Both the position numbers and the translations under genes were made by a program. The notes below the pieces were generated by a model that made no database searches, was not told where the DNA came from, and worked only from the letters and a program-made list of their open reading frames with translations. From positions 258,230,001-258,294,000 of the forward strand of contig OZ024742.1 in the NCBI GenBank assembly GCA_964016885.1: a stretch of DNA of 64,000 nt, in the 5' to 3' direction. Shown here in pieces: positions 36,950-52,908 of the stretch; positions within the stretch are counted from its first letter, which is position 1, and each line of letters begins with the position of its first letter. This DNA is from Eledone cirrhosa (taxonomy: Eukaryota).

Positions 36950-39932
36950 TATGTAACAAACACGTATACGTAAAAGCACACCTACACACACACACATACA
37001 CATCCACGCGCACATACGAATGCGTTCGTATACATATACAAACTCGTATACCGATATATGCACACATACCCACATACATATATGAAAACCAGCCGTATGA
37101 ATAAATGGGTACAAAATATACGCAAGTAAACATACATAAGAGCGGCTGAGGGACAACGGAAAATATCTGGAGTTAAAAACACAAGTGACATGTGATGTCA
37201 GGTAGTGAAAGAAAATGGGGAAGTAACATATGTAAAATTGTTAAGATATAAAGTAAGTGAATCAAAAAGCAGGGGGGTTCCCTAGTGGATGTGAAGTAAA
37301 AAATAAAAATAAAAATAAATCTGAAAGAGAAGTTATGTAAAAAGATAAGTTAAGGAAAGGGAAGAACAAGAATTTATGGAGGATAAGTGTCTGAAAGTTA
37401 GTTAAGTTTATATGACCTGGAAAGCAAGTGTGATTTCATGTGTGGGCAATTTGTGAAAATTTCTGTTTTTGCATCCAGGCAGGTTTCTGGTGATTTAAGT
37501 TTCTGTAAAATCCAATATTTTTCACTTATGCAAAGTGCCCGTCTTCTTGTTCCTCTTGCACATTCTTTAGAGTGGTTCAACATTGACCAATCTAATTTAT
37601 ATTGGATACCTTGGTCTTTCAAATCCCATATTCTGCAAGCCAGAGCTGTTGTAAATATTTCTTCAGGATGTCGGAAAGATGCGACATGTGAGTAATAACG
37701 CGTTTTAAATTTGTCTTGTGTCATGCCCACATATCGTTCGCTGGTGGATGGTAGGTTGTTGCTGGTGGTTGTCATTTTAGCCTCATATACAATGGCTTTG
37801 GTGTTGCATTTATCGTGTAATGGGCATTCACGATTGACTTTACAGGAGCAATTTTGATGTTCTCTGGGTGTTTTCTTATTGGGGATATAAGATGTAATAG
37901 AGGGACCGCAGGAGTAGCTGATTTTGACACAGTTTCTATTGAAGATCTTTTTGTATCTATGTGTTCTAGGGAAATGTTTATCTAAGAGCTCTAGAGATGT
38001 TTTGCCTACATTAGTTATAACTGCTAACGAGTAGGAGGTGTGAACCATATTATTTCTCTTTTCTTATTATTATGTTTAAGTATTATTGGGTATGTACTTA
38101 ATCGGTTCACTAACTCCGATATTTTGAAGGGCTTTTTTATAGTAGGGGGATGTCTTATTGAAAACAGATTCTGAGGAAGAGAGGAGGGAGATCCTACGGC
38201 TAATATTAGGTATGAATTTTTTAAAAACTATAGGACGATGGCAAGGGCCTTTATTTATATATTTTAAATTTTCATTTGGTTTATGGTACGGTTTATAAGA
38301 TGCAGTAGGCAGATCTAAGTTTATATCTAGAAAATTAACATTAGAAAGGTTAGTGTCAATGGTCATTTTAAGATTAAAACTAGCGAAAGTTTTTCATGAG
38401 TCTGTCTAAGCTATGGCCTGTAGTGGTATGGTAAAGTATTAGACTATCATCACGATAAACCCAATGGTATGGTTAAGGAATTTCTCTTTAAGTGTGTGGA
38501 ATAGGCCGACTAAATCACACCCGTCAGCACTGTCAAAAGAACCCATTGAGACATCGAATGGGTTCTCTGGGTTAGATATTTTTACCCAAGTATCATTATT
38601 TGTAAACAGTAAAGTATTTCTAGCATGCAAAATGACATTCTCTTCAATATCAGAAAGATTGATAAACTTTGAAGCGAAATTTAATGCTTTCGTTAAAAGA
38701 GAGTGAGTAATAGATGGGTTGAAGTCTACACTGTCAAATTAGGTGAATCTAGAACTATGTTTATCTTTAATATTTTTAAACCAATGTACTACAGTAGAGC
38801 TATTTATCCATTGGAGTAATTCAGACTTACTTCTAATATGTTTGTTTATATTATTTAATATTTTGTTTGCTAGCAAGGACGATTTCAGTCTTAGCAGGGT
38901 TGATTAATATACAATTAGGACGATTATTAAAATCAGATTTGTGATCTTTTAGAGTGATATAGGCATTAGGTTTAGCTAGTTTTTCTGTTCTATTGTCTAT
39001 TTTTAAAATACTAGCTAATCTTTGACTTCCTTATTAATAGTATTATAGGTGTTTATATTAGCTATTTGGTATTTAAAGGTGATGATATCTGTTAAGAGTT
39101 TTGTCATGTAAGTTATTATTAATTTCGTATACGTTTTGAGATTTATCGGAGAAAATGAACATGTTTTTAGAAGATTTGAATTTTGAAATATCGTTGAAAA
39201 GAGTTAGAATACTTAAGGAATTTGATTTGGTTAATTAAATTAACTAAGTCTAGTTTAAAAGCGGTCATATCTTTTACTCTTTGTAGGTATTCTGTAGAGT
39301 CCGTGATAAAGTGTCCATCGAAAATCAAAGCTTTCCATCTCATTCGTTTAACAACATTTTCTACTTTGTCGATCAAAATTTTAGTGTAGGAAGTGGTAGA
39401 AGGTGTAGGGATATTCTTGATGGGGTAATCCAAATAATGTCTATCCATGTTAAGTATTGGTTAAACATCTTTTTGACTGAAGAGTGCTCGACTTTAAAAG
39501 GGCTGGAAGGTGCCAATCTCATATAAATGTAGAATATGCTGCAATCATTCCCTTGGGAGCTGTATAAGTATAGAAATTTCCGTTGAAAATTGAAAAAGTC
39601 ATAGGAATGAAGAGTGCTCTATGTAGGTTACAGAGCTAAATATTTAATGTATTATAAACAATACAGTATAATTACCTCATTACCAGAGGATTCCCGAATA
39701 AGACGAATACAAGAAACGTCCGCATTCGTTCATCAGACAAGGCAATTTAAAACTGAAATATTTGAAAAATCTCCTCAAGAAAACGTTTGCCTTTCTTGAG
39801 GAGATTTTCAAATATTTCACTATGTTTTAAATTGCCTTGTCTGATGAACCAATGCGGACGTTTCTTGTATTCGTCTTATTCGGGAAACCTCTGGTAATGA
39901 GGTAATTATACTGTAATGTTTATTATACATTA
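36947..39932 (-). mobile_element. Naiad-like PLE, near full-length but decayed, with a 5' pLTR folded into a palindrome (39640-39932)
   Basis: YPIKNIPTPS, KRMRWKA, FDSVDFNPSI, FDVSMGSFDSA, NFLDINLDL, YKPYHKPN, CSCKVNRECPLHDKC, VYEA, YVGMT..FKTRY..H. HHR-like motifs lie at about 39678-39747 (-) and 39831-39898 (+). Confidence 0.9.
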
Positions 39933-40174
39933 TATATATATATATATAACGAAGAAAATGTGGTAAGGAACCAGGTGGACCATAACCCACCAAAGTACTC
40001 AATACTTAGGGTAGTAGAGTGGGTAATAGGAACGAGTAGGACCCCGACGGCTGAGCTCAAGCCGTTTCGACGGCTATATATATAGATATATATAGTAATA
40101 ATAATAACATTGAAGACTAAAATCCAAAGAGGGCTCAATAAGGAAAATATATATCAAATATATAAGAACCGTAG

Positions 40175-40234
<60 letters not shown>

Positions 40235-43200
40235 CCAAACGCACACGGCACCTTATTATGGTAAGTGATATAACATTTTAATATTTATGATCAATTACAT
40301 TAAAGTGTATATAGAGAGTTTATTAAGTTACTGGGAATATGTAAATTCCAATCCAATGAAAATGATATTGCATTAAGTCCTCTAGAAAGAGATTCGCTTC
40401 ACAAACATTAGGCCCTGCGCTGACCCACTGCCTGAGTTCATGGACATGTGTCATTTACCAGATCTTCGGCTTGAACAGCGCCGTGTCTGTGATATTGTGT
40501 AAACAGAAGCTGTTTGTAAGTCCATCAGATGAACTGAACCTGCACTACAATAGCCCAGTCTTGTTATACACTGTGTTAACTGAATCTCCCTGAGAATTAG
40601 GGTAAGTGTAATCGTGTCTGTAGAATCCTCAACCACATACACGTTATTTTCAGCAGTATGCTGCTTCCTTGATCTAACTGTTACACTCATCTTCTTAGTC
40701 GAGCGATGTCATTGTTTCTTCTTTCTTTGTATCAAGACATGATATGACCAAGAATATTCTCCACATTTATTTGGAACTCCGCCGAAAAGAACGTATACAT
40801 GAATAGGCATATTAATGATAATGTCTTTTTTTTACGTAGTTGTCACACTGATCCAGTGTGTCCCAGTGTGTGACAAAGCCGACCTGTAGAATCACCAGTA
40901 CAACTACCTTTTTCCCTGTTGAGCTGACCATGTATCGGTAAATAAAGTGTCTTACTTGAGGCCATAACATGGCTTCGGCAATTGAATTCTACTCTTAAAG
41001 ATCGTGAGTCAAACATATTTTCAACTAAGCTATGCACACAATAACAATATTCTACCTTGATTGACTTAATAAATCAGAAAAAAGACGTTCGTTTATGTTG
41101 TTCTCACGTCTATCTAACAAAGCATGAATCATCCACCTTAGTGGACATTTCTTCATTTTCACTAATGAACGGAGAACATGAACGCATCAAAACGGTGTGA
41201 AGTATAGTTTGATTATTACATCTTTAACTCTACCCGGATATACAAATAGTACTATATTCTACGTGTCTGATGTTGAATGTAGAATTAACTAAGTGGTTTT
41301 ATAGTTTGCTTAGTTATCATGCAGTTGTGCGTTCGATCACACAGCGTGGCATTTACAGACGTCTCCCTACTATAGCGTCGTGTCTACTTAGCCAATTTTC
41401 GTGAAACTATGTTGACGCACCATCATGGGATTGAGAGTACTTGTAATTTAATTTTTTGTCATACCAATTAAGTCAATTTCACATGTGACTGTGGAATTCT
41501 CAACCACATACCTTAATTCACTAGTTGTATAAGTCCGTCGATCTAACCACTGATTAACCATCATTGAAACTGACGAAGACTCCATTAAAATTCAGACCTG
41601 GTTAAGATCTGCATAGCACTACTGCAATAACCTGACTATAATTCTATAAATATGGAATTTGATGTTTCAAATTGTTACGATATAATTAGTTAATCAATTA
41701 TCTAGTAGAATAAAAGTAGACTTTATTGTGTTCCTTCCATTCACAGAAAACGATCTCAAGATATCCACATCATGAGTTAAAGATTATCATATCAAACACA
41801 CTATTTTTCTTTTCGTTTGAACTGATGTGTGACATGTAGCGTTTATATTCTACACAAAGCGAACACTGGCTTCAGACTGTTATGCATTCCAAATGAATAT
41901 GTTTTTCTTTCTTCGAGTTGAATAGAAAAGTTTATTAACATGTCTACCAGCCGTAAGAGATGATTAGAAGTTAGCATATGCATTTTAATGATTTATCAAT
42001 GTTGACATAGAGAATGAATAATTGTGATAGCAAGATCAAGTAGTTGCAAATTTATCATTCAAAACCAAAAATAAATCAAAGAAAAAGTAAATAAATACCA
42101 TTAAAGAAAGAAACAAAGAAAGAAAATTATCAAATTATTCCCGAATACTGATTATTAACAGAAATTGTTTATAAATATGTATGAGGATGATGGGCTGATT
42201 CCTATGTATTGGAGTTAGATCAAAGAACAACACCCAGGATTAAACGAGCGATTTCCAACAACTATAAAGACACATGTTTGTTTAAGATATATGTTGTTGT
42301 TTTTTTTTTCATTTTGTAAAGAAAGATTCACGATTCATTTAGTTTCTCTGTTAAAAGGATCTGTAACTTTGACTGAACACAGGTTACCCGATAACGGAAA
42401 GTTATGAAGAATAATCTACGATTATGTCTTAAAAGTTTAATACAATGAAACAATGTTGAAGCTAAAGCTGACAGCAAATAAAAGAACAAACGGCCAATAC
42501 GAAATGTATAATAGGGAAGAAATTAAGCGTATGCTAAGAAGAACTAGAGGCATATAAAGTAGAAAACAGGAAAGAAAAAGAGAAAACAGATAAGGGAGAG
42601 CTGAATAAATAAGGAATGAGGGAGAAAAACAAGTGTCTTCAAAATATAAAACCTCTAGGGAAAGGTTTCGGTTGCACAGATAAAATGTTGCATTTAATCC
42701 CCAAGGAAATTTTTGTAATAATGGATCAAGTATATATTTGCATTCGTAGCAAAATTTACCGTTAATTCTGATGTGGATATAAATCTCATCAGTAAAGTTG
42801 TGGTGGAGTGGCTTAAACAACAGAAATTCTGACCATATATACATTGTATTAAACACCTCTGACCTTAAACGTTAAATCGTATACAAACATCAATGCTCAA
42901 ATAATATTTCATTTGTGAATTAAGTTAAAAAATATCAAGTATTTTATTAAAAATATAATATGCACACTGTATAGGGTATCTATTCTCTAACTCTAAATAT
43001 TTCTTTTATTTGATCGTTATTATCAATTCTACTACAAAGTGAGGGACAGATAATTGTCGCGGACATCTGTGAAAAAATTCATTTAAATAAAAAGGTGGCT
43101 TGGTAGATGAAAGAATAGGAACCACTGCTTTAGGCCCATTGCCGGTGAAGAACGGAGGTTCATTAAACTGAAAACAGCTTTCGGGGATAATATAGAATTA

Positions 43201-43956
43201 CACGTGAAATTTACATGAAAATGTGAATTACAGAATTTGATGGGCCTCCATCTGTTTCGACGGTGAACATTTCATTTTCTCAAATCAAGTACCAGACGGA
43301 CCGTAATAATAACGTGCAAATGATTTAGTATTCCACACAAATGCGTGCACATTCCGTATTTATCAAGAAGATTTAGCATAACAATGTGTGTAGTTTGAAC
43401 GTTTGAACACAATTTTACCAAGAAACACGTGACTATGAATCTTATTCACAGCCTCACAGTGGTGGCCCGTACACCCTTACCGCACAGACACATGCCATCC
43501 CAATCGGCATGTAATTCACATTAAAAGGCTGGTTACATAATGGAAATGTTGAAACAAGAAGTTAGGCTATGTTGAATGAAAGAATGCCAACATAAACATT
43601 AATAACTATCTCCACAGCACAGATATTTCACTAAACTCCTATAACAAGCGTATTTATCAGCAATTATACGAACACTATAAACAAATTAATATAAACATTA
43701 CTGATTATATGTCACGCCTCATGTACGTCGTGGATCCGAATGTTTGGCTATCAAAATAGACATAATGCATACACTCACACACACATACTTACACACACAG
43801 AAGCACACACACATACACACCAGCGATGTTTGTTTCTATTCACACATACACATACAAAATAAATAAAAATCATTAGATGTTCATAATTGGATCATAAGGA
43901 TAACGGTAAAATGAATGAACAAGTAATAATTTGTACCATCTATCTATTATCTATAT

Positions 43957-44067
<111 letters not shown>

Positions 44068-44971
44068 TTTATATATATATATGTATATATAAATATTTAT
44101 ATATGTATATATAAACGTGTATGTGTGTGTGTTTGTTGAAGTGGAGGTGAATACGTGTGATATGTACTGTATCATCTAAATAATTGTTTTATGTTACCAT
44201 ATTTCACCGACCCTATTAGTGAGAGTTTTGTATGGCTTTTGTCATCTTCAGAACTCTAGAATGTATACGTCTTTCCTTAAAACACCAATTACACATTGAT
44301 TAAAAGAAGTCAAGCCGTAAGCTACTGATAACTGATGTTTTACATAACATAAGTTCTTATATTACGCAACATAAATACATTGCCGGCTGTTATTTTAAAC
44401 TTGCCGCTAGGAACATGAAACTCGCATAATTATGTTTCTAATATTTCATAAACAAGAATTCGTGTTTTTGTGTAAGAATCCAAAATACCCATGAACAAAT
44501 CACAATGAATCTCAAGAGTTTTGAAATATCTAATCATCTATGTTGTTTGTTTTTTTGTTACAAGCTAAACTACAATGACATGAAACACTCCTAATAAATG
44601 TAAAGAAATGGAGAAGGTTTAGCCGATCGTTCAACGTAATAAATTATAGGGTGGCGAGGGAAATTAACTTAACGTAAAAATCTACAAACATACGAACAAG
44701 GGCAGAAATTATCAGGGAAATAGTACATCTATTAAATTGATTCTCAATGTTATCAACCCCAGATTGATGAAAGGTAAAGTTAATCTCATCACGATTTAAA
44801 TTCACAAGGTATATATCCGTATATCCGGAATATACACTGTAAAGAAGTGAGATACTCTAACGATTCTGGCAATCCACCAGCCAGTAAATATATATAACAT
44901 TATTCTATTTTCCTGGTATAAAACTATCTGTGATCTATCTATTTCTAAATCTTTCTCTCTCTCTCTCTCCC

Positions 44972-45811
<840 letters not shown>

Positions 45812-45818
45812 TATATAC

Positions 45819-45866
<48 letters not shown>

Positions 45867-45870
<4 letters not shown>

Positions 45871-46935
45871 GTAGAACACTGGAAGGTAATATCCATAGTG
45901 GTAGAGCACTCAGTCCATGGGACGAGTTAGGTAGAAGTGTGGTTACACAACAGTTAGTTCACCATACCGAGAACAATTGTTTCACCTTAGCGGATCTTCA
46001 TGAGGTGGGCGGGCGTGTGGGAGTGGTGGATTGTCGGTAGACCGATCGGCATATATTTGTGGCTGATTGTATGTGTGGTGTAGGTGGGGTTTTGTTGTTT
46101 GTGGTAATGGTGTTTATGGTGGTGTGATGGATGTGTAGGTGGTGTCAAATTCAAAAAGGTGATACATAGATAGACACACTTAGTCTGACAAAAACGTTGT
46201 ATACATACACATGTGTATATATATATATATGAGTATAGAGAGGGAGAGAGCCAGTGGAGATGGCGTTGTACGTAGAGAAAGAGGGAGAAACAATGGAGGT
46301 GGCGTTGTACATATAAATATACTTACACACAGACACACACACTTGCGTTGTTTGGGGAGGGGGGTATGTGTTGGTGGTGTTAATGATGTTAATGCTTGTT
46401 GAAGTATGGACATGTTCCTTGTGGTGGCGGTGGTGGTGTTGTGAGAGACAAAATATATACATGATCGAATTTTAGGATGGGTTACAGGTTAAAAGGTGAC
46501 ATAGGGAACACAGGGAAAACAAGGCTGTGAACATATAGCGATGTGTGTGGTAGTGGTGGTGGTCGTGACGATGGGGTGATATGTTCAACAATATATTTAC
46601 ATGATCAGATGTTACGGTGGTTTACAAGGTAAAACCTAACAGAGAGGACAGATATAACACAATGGTTCAGAGATGGAGGGAGGGATGATATGTGTTGGTG
46701 AAGTTAATGATGTTAATGATTGTTGAAGTATGGAGATGTATTTGGTGGTGGTGATGTTGGTGTATGCGACAGAATATCTACAGGATCGAATTTTACGTGC
46801 AGGTTAAATATGACAGAGGGAACACGGGGAAACAAGGTTGTGGATGAGGCATGGTAGACATATAGCGATGTCTATGGTGGTGGTGGTGTTGCTGGCTATG
46901 GGGTGATATGTTAGACATATTTACAGGATCGGATT
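45867..46935 (-). mobile_element. non-coding repeat related to 49855-52065, with internal ~150/300-bp subrepeats and a degenerate HHR
   Basis: Shares cttagtctgacaaaaacgttgtatacatacac. Minus strand atgaaga-tccgctaaggt-gaaa-caattg at 45968-46005. Confidence 0.65.
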
Positions 46936-47264
46936 ATATATATATATATATCTGGTATATCAAATTAATACCATTGAACAACCTTGAATCATAGACAACC
47001 TATGTATTTCTAGGGTTACTTAGTATCTTTGGACATATTAACTTCATTCATTAGTCTCCGTTATGTAGAGAACAAATCTGTTGTTCTATTTAGCTGCTAT
47101 TTTTTTTAGTAGTAATTATAGACAGCAAGTCTATGGTTTCCCGCTTTTACTTCAAGCCGGTTTACATACGGTTTACTTTTACGACCTTTCAGACCTTTGT
47201 TAGCTGGCAGGAGGTCATATATTTTATCGTTCCTGGGTCTTTTAGCCCTAGGAAAGGAAAATGC

Positions 47265-47340
47265 TACTCTGATGAGCTTTGGTTTTTCCATCAGATATCC
47301 ATCGGATTTCTGGGGTTTTACAAAGCGAAACTGATCAGTA
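47265..47340 (+). ncRNA. type I hammerhead ribozyme with extended stem II
   Basis: tact-CUGAUGA-gctttg...caaagc-GAAA-ctg-AUC-agta. Confidence 0.75.
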
Positions 47341-47655
47341 AGGGCCATTAGAAGAAGGAAATATTTATATTATATGTTTTAATTTATTTTAAAAAATTGG
47401 TTGAATTTTACTTGTTTTGCTTATCTTAATATATATATATATATATACATATATTAAAGTGAGTAGGTAAAGATTTTTCTGAAGTTGTTTGCTTTTTCCA
47501 TATATGATATTATTAGGCTCTGAATCTGTGAAATTTATTAGAGATCGCATTAAACCAAACTCAGTATAAGTTGGACACCCGGTATCTATGTATCGATACT
47601 TGTATACGCATGTAGAAATATATAAGCATATTCATTTAATATATATATATATATA

Positions 47656-48395
47656 CAGGTTGCGGACGATATTTGTTCGCAAGATTACTGTCTAGGACAG
47701 AATAATACAGTAGTTTTATTTTTTAAGATATATTTATCGAACTTGGGGCAGTTTGTCTTCATGACTTGTTCCTTCGATCTCACTCGAAAGACCCGCCATT
47801 GGCTTTGATGACGGCCTCAAGGCGGCCTCGGAACCGGCTACAGGCCTTCGTCACTGTCCCCCGAAATAGGCCCCTAAAGGCACTTGTGATCCTGGCCTTC
47901 AGATGACCTTTCGTATTGCAGTTAGATCTGTTGGTGTCTCGTTCCACTGCGCCCCACCCAAAGAAGTCGAGGGGTTGCAGTCAGGCGAACTGGGACGCCA
48001 GATGTCAGGTGAAGTGTGGTCCACTCGCTGACAGCCAGGCTTGGGTCTTTCGGCTGGTATGACAGGGTGCTGAGTCTAACTGCCACACGTACAGCCTACC
48101 TGCAGCTACCTGGACGATCCAGGGCTTTACTACCTCGCTCAGAACGCGGATGTGGCCATCGGTGTTCAGCTTGAGGCCCTCAGAGAAGAAGTGAGGTGGC
48201 ATTACGTGACCTTCACTGCTGACGACACCTAAGACCAATGTTGTCGCTGGAAACTTTGTCTGCATGACTTTGGGCACGTCTTTGGATGAGACAGCGAGCC
48301 ACCTGTTATTGTGGGAGTTGATCTTCTGGTCTTGGCAGATGTTTTTCTCGTTGGAGAAAAACCACACCATGTATGGCTCGAGTGGGTGTTTCAAC
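47656..48395 (-). mobile_element. Tc1/mariner (maT-like) transposase C-terminal remnant with one terminus
   Basis: FSNEK..NNRW..TKFPA..LGVVSSEG..PPHFF..YVWQLDSAPCHTS, then SSPDCNPLDF. TA-CAGGTTG end at about 47654. Confidence 0.85.
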
Positions 48396-48399
48396 TTGC

Positions 48400-48426
<27 letters not shown>

Positions 48427-48430
<4 letters not shown>

Positions 48431-49135
48431 CACTTCTACAGGCAGCAGCGGTGCCCCACCATATTCGACAGGCACACTATTGGATTGTCCTCTTCCACAG
48501 CCGGAATTCTAGCGCAAAATATAGAAGCCTTAAACCGAAGTAGATTGAAAAACGTCCGCGACTCCGCGGGAAACAGCAACCGTGTGGAGGAGCGCTACAC
48601 AAATGCCTCTTCCTCCGTTGGTAACATCATAAACCGTGACCGACCAAGGAATCATACAACGCGATCCGGTGATCCGGGCGGCAACCCCCTCCGAAATGTA
48701 ATTGTAGAAACCCCAGTAACTGCCCCCTGGAAGGCAAGTGCCTTTGCAGTGGCTTTGTCTATGAGTGTAGGGTGAGTGTTAATAAACAAACCTTCACCTA
48801 TATTGGAGCCACAGCTAATAACTTTATGGAACGCTGGTACAATCTCTGCCACACCTTTAGGAGAGTTGAAAAGAAAAACACCACTACCCTCTCAGAACTG
48901 ACCGCAAACACGACGGCTGCGAGACACTTTCAGGAACTAATATGTCTACTGGGCACACCAGCAATAGGATGTGTTTTTCCTGCCCGCGGCATATCAAACA
49001 TATCGGTTATCGTCTGAGGATACCGTTCTCTTAACAACAATAAATGGATGAAGGACTTCTCGATTGCATGGAGAACCATGGAAATAATTATAATGATTAA
49101 ACGATCTATGTAAACTCAGCATCTTATTTATTTTG
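48427..49135 (+). pseudogene. Naiad-like PLE 3' remnant
   Basis: KHFY...IFDRHTIGLS..; CNCRNPSNCPLEGKCL..VYECRV..YIGATANNFMERWYN..TTTLSE. Confidence 0.8.
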
Positions 49136-49852
<717 letters not shown>

Positions 49853-49854
49853 TG

Positions 49855-52065
49855 AAAGGATAACAAGGACGATTGGTTACTCCTTCATTACATTTATTGG
49901 TAGGTGATGCGCGTTTCACCATTTATCAGCTGAAGGTTCGATCTGTATCGATCTTACCCGACTCTATAATCGGCAATTCGACAGACCCGTTAGAATGCTA
50001 GTAGAAAATGAATACATGCTATATGATAAAGTCAGAAGTTCATATGTTGGTCAATACGAATTGTTTTGATTGGTGGAATAGATCTTAGGGATGTTTTCGC
50101 CTGTAGTGTATGTGGGGGTGGATGTGATTATAAGATGGTGGTGACGGTCACTGGCTGGGAATGGCTGTGTAGAGGGGGTGGTAGATTGTCGGTAGACAGA
50201 TTGGCGTATATTTGTGGCTAATTATTGTGTGGTGTGGGTGTGGTGTTGTTGTTTATGGTAATGGAGTTTAGGGTGGTGTGGTGGATGTGTTGGTGGTGTC
50301 AAATCCTTGGGTAGTTAGATACCTAGACACTCTTAGTCTGACAAAAACGTTGTATACATACACATGCGTATATATATACTTTACATATATACACATATAT
50401 ACACACACACACACATACATATTCATATACATATATACACATATATGCGTGTGTATATATAGAGAGAGGGGCGGGTGGAGTGTCAGTGGGGATGGTGTAG
50501 TACATAGATAGCGGGAGGGGAAAGCCAATGGAGATGGCGTTGTACATATAAATATACTTACACGCAGACACACACACTTGCGTTGTTTAGGGAGGGAAGG
50601 TATGTGTTGGCGATGTTAATGATGTTGATGATTGTTGAGGTATGAAGATGTGCCTTGTGGTGGCGGTGGTGGGGTTGTGAGCGACAAAACATATACGGGA
50701 TCGAATTATACGATGGGTTACAGGTTAAAAAGTGACATAGGGAACACGGGGAATAAAGTTTGTGGACGTATTGCGATGTGTGTGGTCATGGTGGTGTTGG
50801 TGGTGTTGGTGGTGGTGATAGGGTGATATGTTCAACAATATATTTACATGATCACATGTTACGGTGGGTTACAGGGTAAAGCTGACACAGAGGGCAGATC
50901 TAACACAGTTGTTCTGGGAGTGAGGCATGACATGTTGGTGATGTTGATGATGTTAATGATTGTTGAAGTATGGAGATGTATCTAGTGGTAGCGGTGGTGG
51001 TGCGTGCGACACTAGATTTACAGGATCGAATGTTACGAGGGGTTGTGGGTTAAAGCAAACAGAGGGAACATGGGGGAACAAGGTTGCGTGTGTGGGATGA
51101 TAGACAAATAGCGATGTGTGGGGTGGGAGGGCTTGGGGGTAATGGGGTGATATGATCAACATTATATTTACGGGATCAGATGTTACTATGGATTACAAGG
51201 AATAACCTGACAGAGAGGACAGATAGAACACAATGTTACAAAGATGAGGGGTGTATGGCGATGTGACTTTTGGTGGGGGTGATATACAAAATATGGGCTT
51301 ACATGTACCCCTTCGTAAACCCTGTGTGTGTCTGTGTGTAAGTACATTTATATGTACAACGCCATCTCCTTTGGTTGTGCCCCTCCCTCTATCTATGTAC
51401 TACGCCATCCCCACTGACACTCCACCCGCCCCTCTCTCTATATATACACACGCTCGCACGCATATATGTGTATATATGTATATGAATATGTATGTGTGTG
51501 TGTGTATGTAGTTGTCTGTATATATGTGTATATATGTCAGTATGTATATACGCATGTGTATGTATACAACATTTTTGTCAGACTAAGAGTGTCTAGGTAT
51601 CTAACTACCCAAGGATTTGACACCACCAACACATCCACCACACCATCCTAAACTCCATTACCATAAACAACAACACCACACCCACACCACACAATAATTA
51701 GCCACAAATATACGCCAATCTGTCTACCGACAATCTACCACCCCCTCTACACAGCCCCTCCCAGCCAGCGACCGTCACCACCATCTTATAATCACATCCA
51801 CCCCCACATACACTACAGGCGAAAACATCCCTAAGATCTATTCCACCAATCAAAACAATTCGTATTGACCAACATATGAACTTCTGACTTTATCATATAG
51901 CATGTATACATTTTCTACTAGCATTCTAACGGGTCTGTCAAGTTGCCGATTATAGAGTCGGGTAAGATCGATACAGATCGAACCTTGAGCTGATAAGTGG
52001 CGAACGCGCGTCACCTACCAATAAATGTAATGAAGGAGTAACCAATCGTCCTTGTTATCCTTTCA
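49855..52065. mobile_element. non-coding element with ~700-bp inverted arms (49855-50565 and 51325-52065)
   Basis: aaggataacaaggacgattggttactcc and its reverse complement mark the ends. Degenerate ctgataa...gaaa-cgcg motifs lie near both ends. Confidence 0.88.
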
Positions 52066-52163
52066 ATATATTACACTCTGTATATCTCTACACCTCAACA
52101 CAGAAGTGAACCTAAACATCGAGTGCTCACCCGGGTGAACCTGCAATAACTCCAAGTTACACT

Positions 52164-52219
<56 letters not shown>

Positions 52220-52304
52220 ATAATAATATATTTGAAGACTAAAATCCAAAGAGGGCTCGATAAGGATAAATATATATCAAATATATAAGAACCGTAGAGC
52301 AAAC

Positions 52305-52351
<47 letters not shown>

Positions 52352-52354
<3 letters not shown>

Positions 52355-52547
52355 CGAAGGAAATGTGGTAAGGAACCAGGTGGACCATAACGCACCAAAG
52401 TACTCAATACTTAGGGTAGTAGAGTGGGTAATAGGAACAAGTAAGACCCCGACGGCTGAGCTCAAGCCGTTTCGACGGCTAATTCTGTACAGAATTAGAA
52501 TTAGCCGTCGAAACGGCTTGAGCTCAGCCGTCGGGGTCTTACTTGTT

Positions 52548-52552
<5 letters not shown>
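52352..52552. mobile_element. family A pLTR with a hairpin centred near 52490
   Basis: ataggaacaagtaagaccccgacggctgagctcaagccgtttcgacggctaattct...agaattagccgtcgaaacggcttgagctcagccgtcggggtcttacttgttcctat. Confidence 0.85.
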
Positions 52553-52636
<84 letters not shown>

Positions 52637-52858
52637 TTCAATCACAAATTTGTTCAATCACATATTTTTTTATTTGTTTGACCCGTAATTACTTGGTCGT
52701 TTTATGGTTGTGCGGATGACGGTTTAACCATCGTCTCAGTGTGTTTGGCCTTTAACGTATGCTGTAGCTCTGGTTCGTCAGAATTATTGAGCGCTTGCCA
52801 CACATCTCGGAAGTTGTTTTTCGCTAATTCCAAAGCCGAAATACGATTCTCGCTAATT

Positions 52859-52908
<50 letters not shown>

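Noticed and set aside
37398-39448. Selenoprotein-type Naiad
   Set aside because: The Zn-linker/EN cysteines I checked use normal codons or missense changes, not TGA. The stop I inspected near RT motif A is TAA decay.
40450-41040. Possible host exons in the unique region
   Set aside because: No recognisable domain or consistent splice and frame support.
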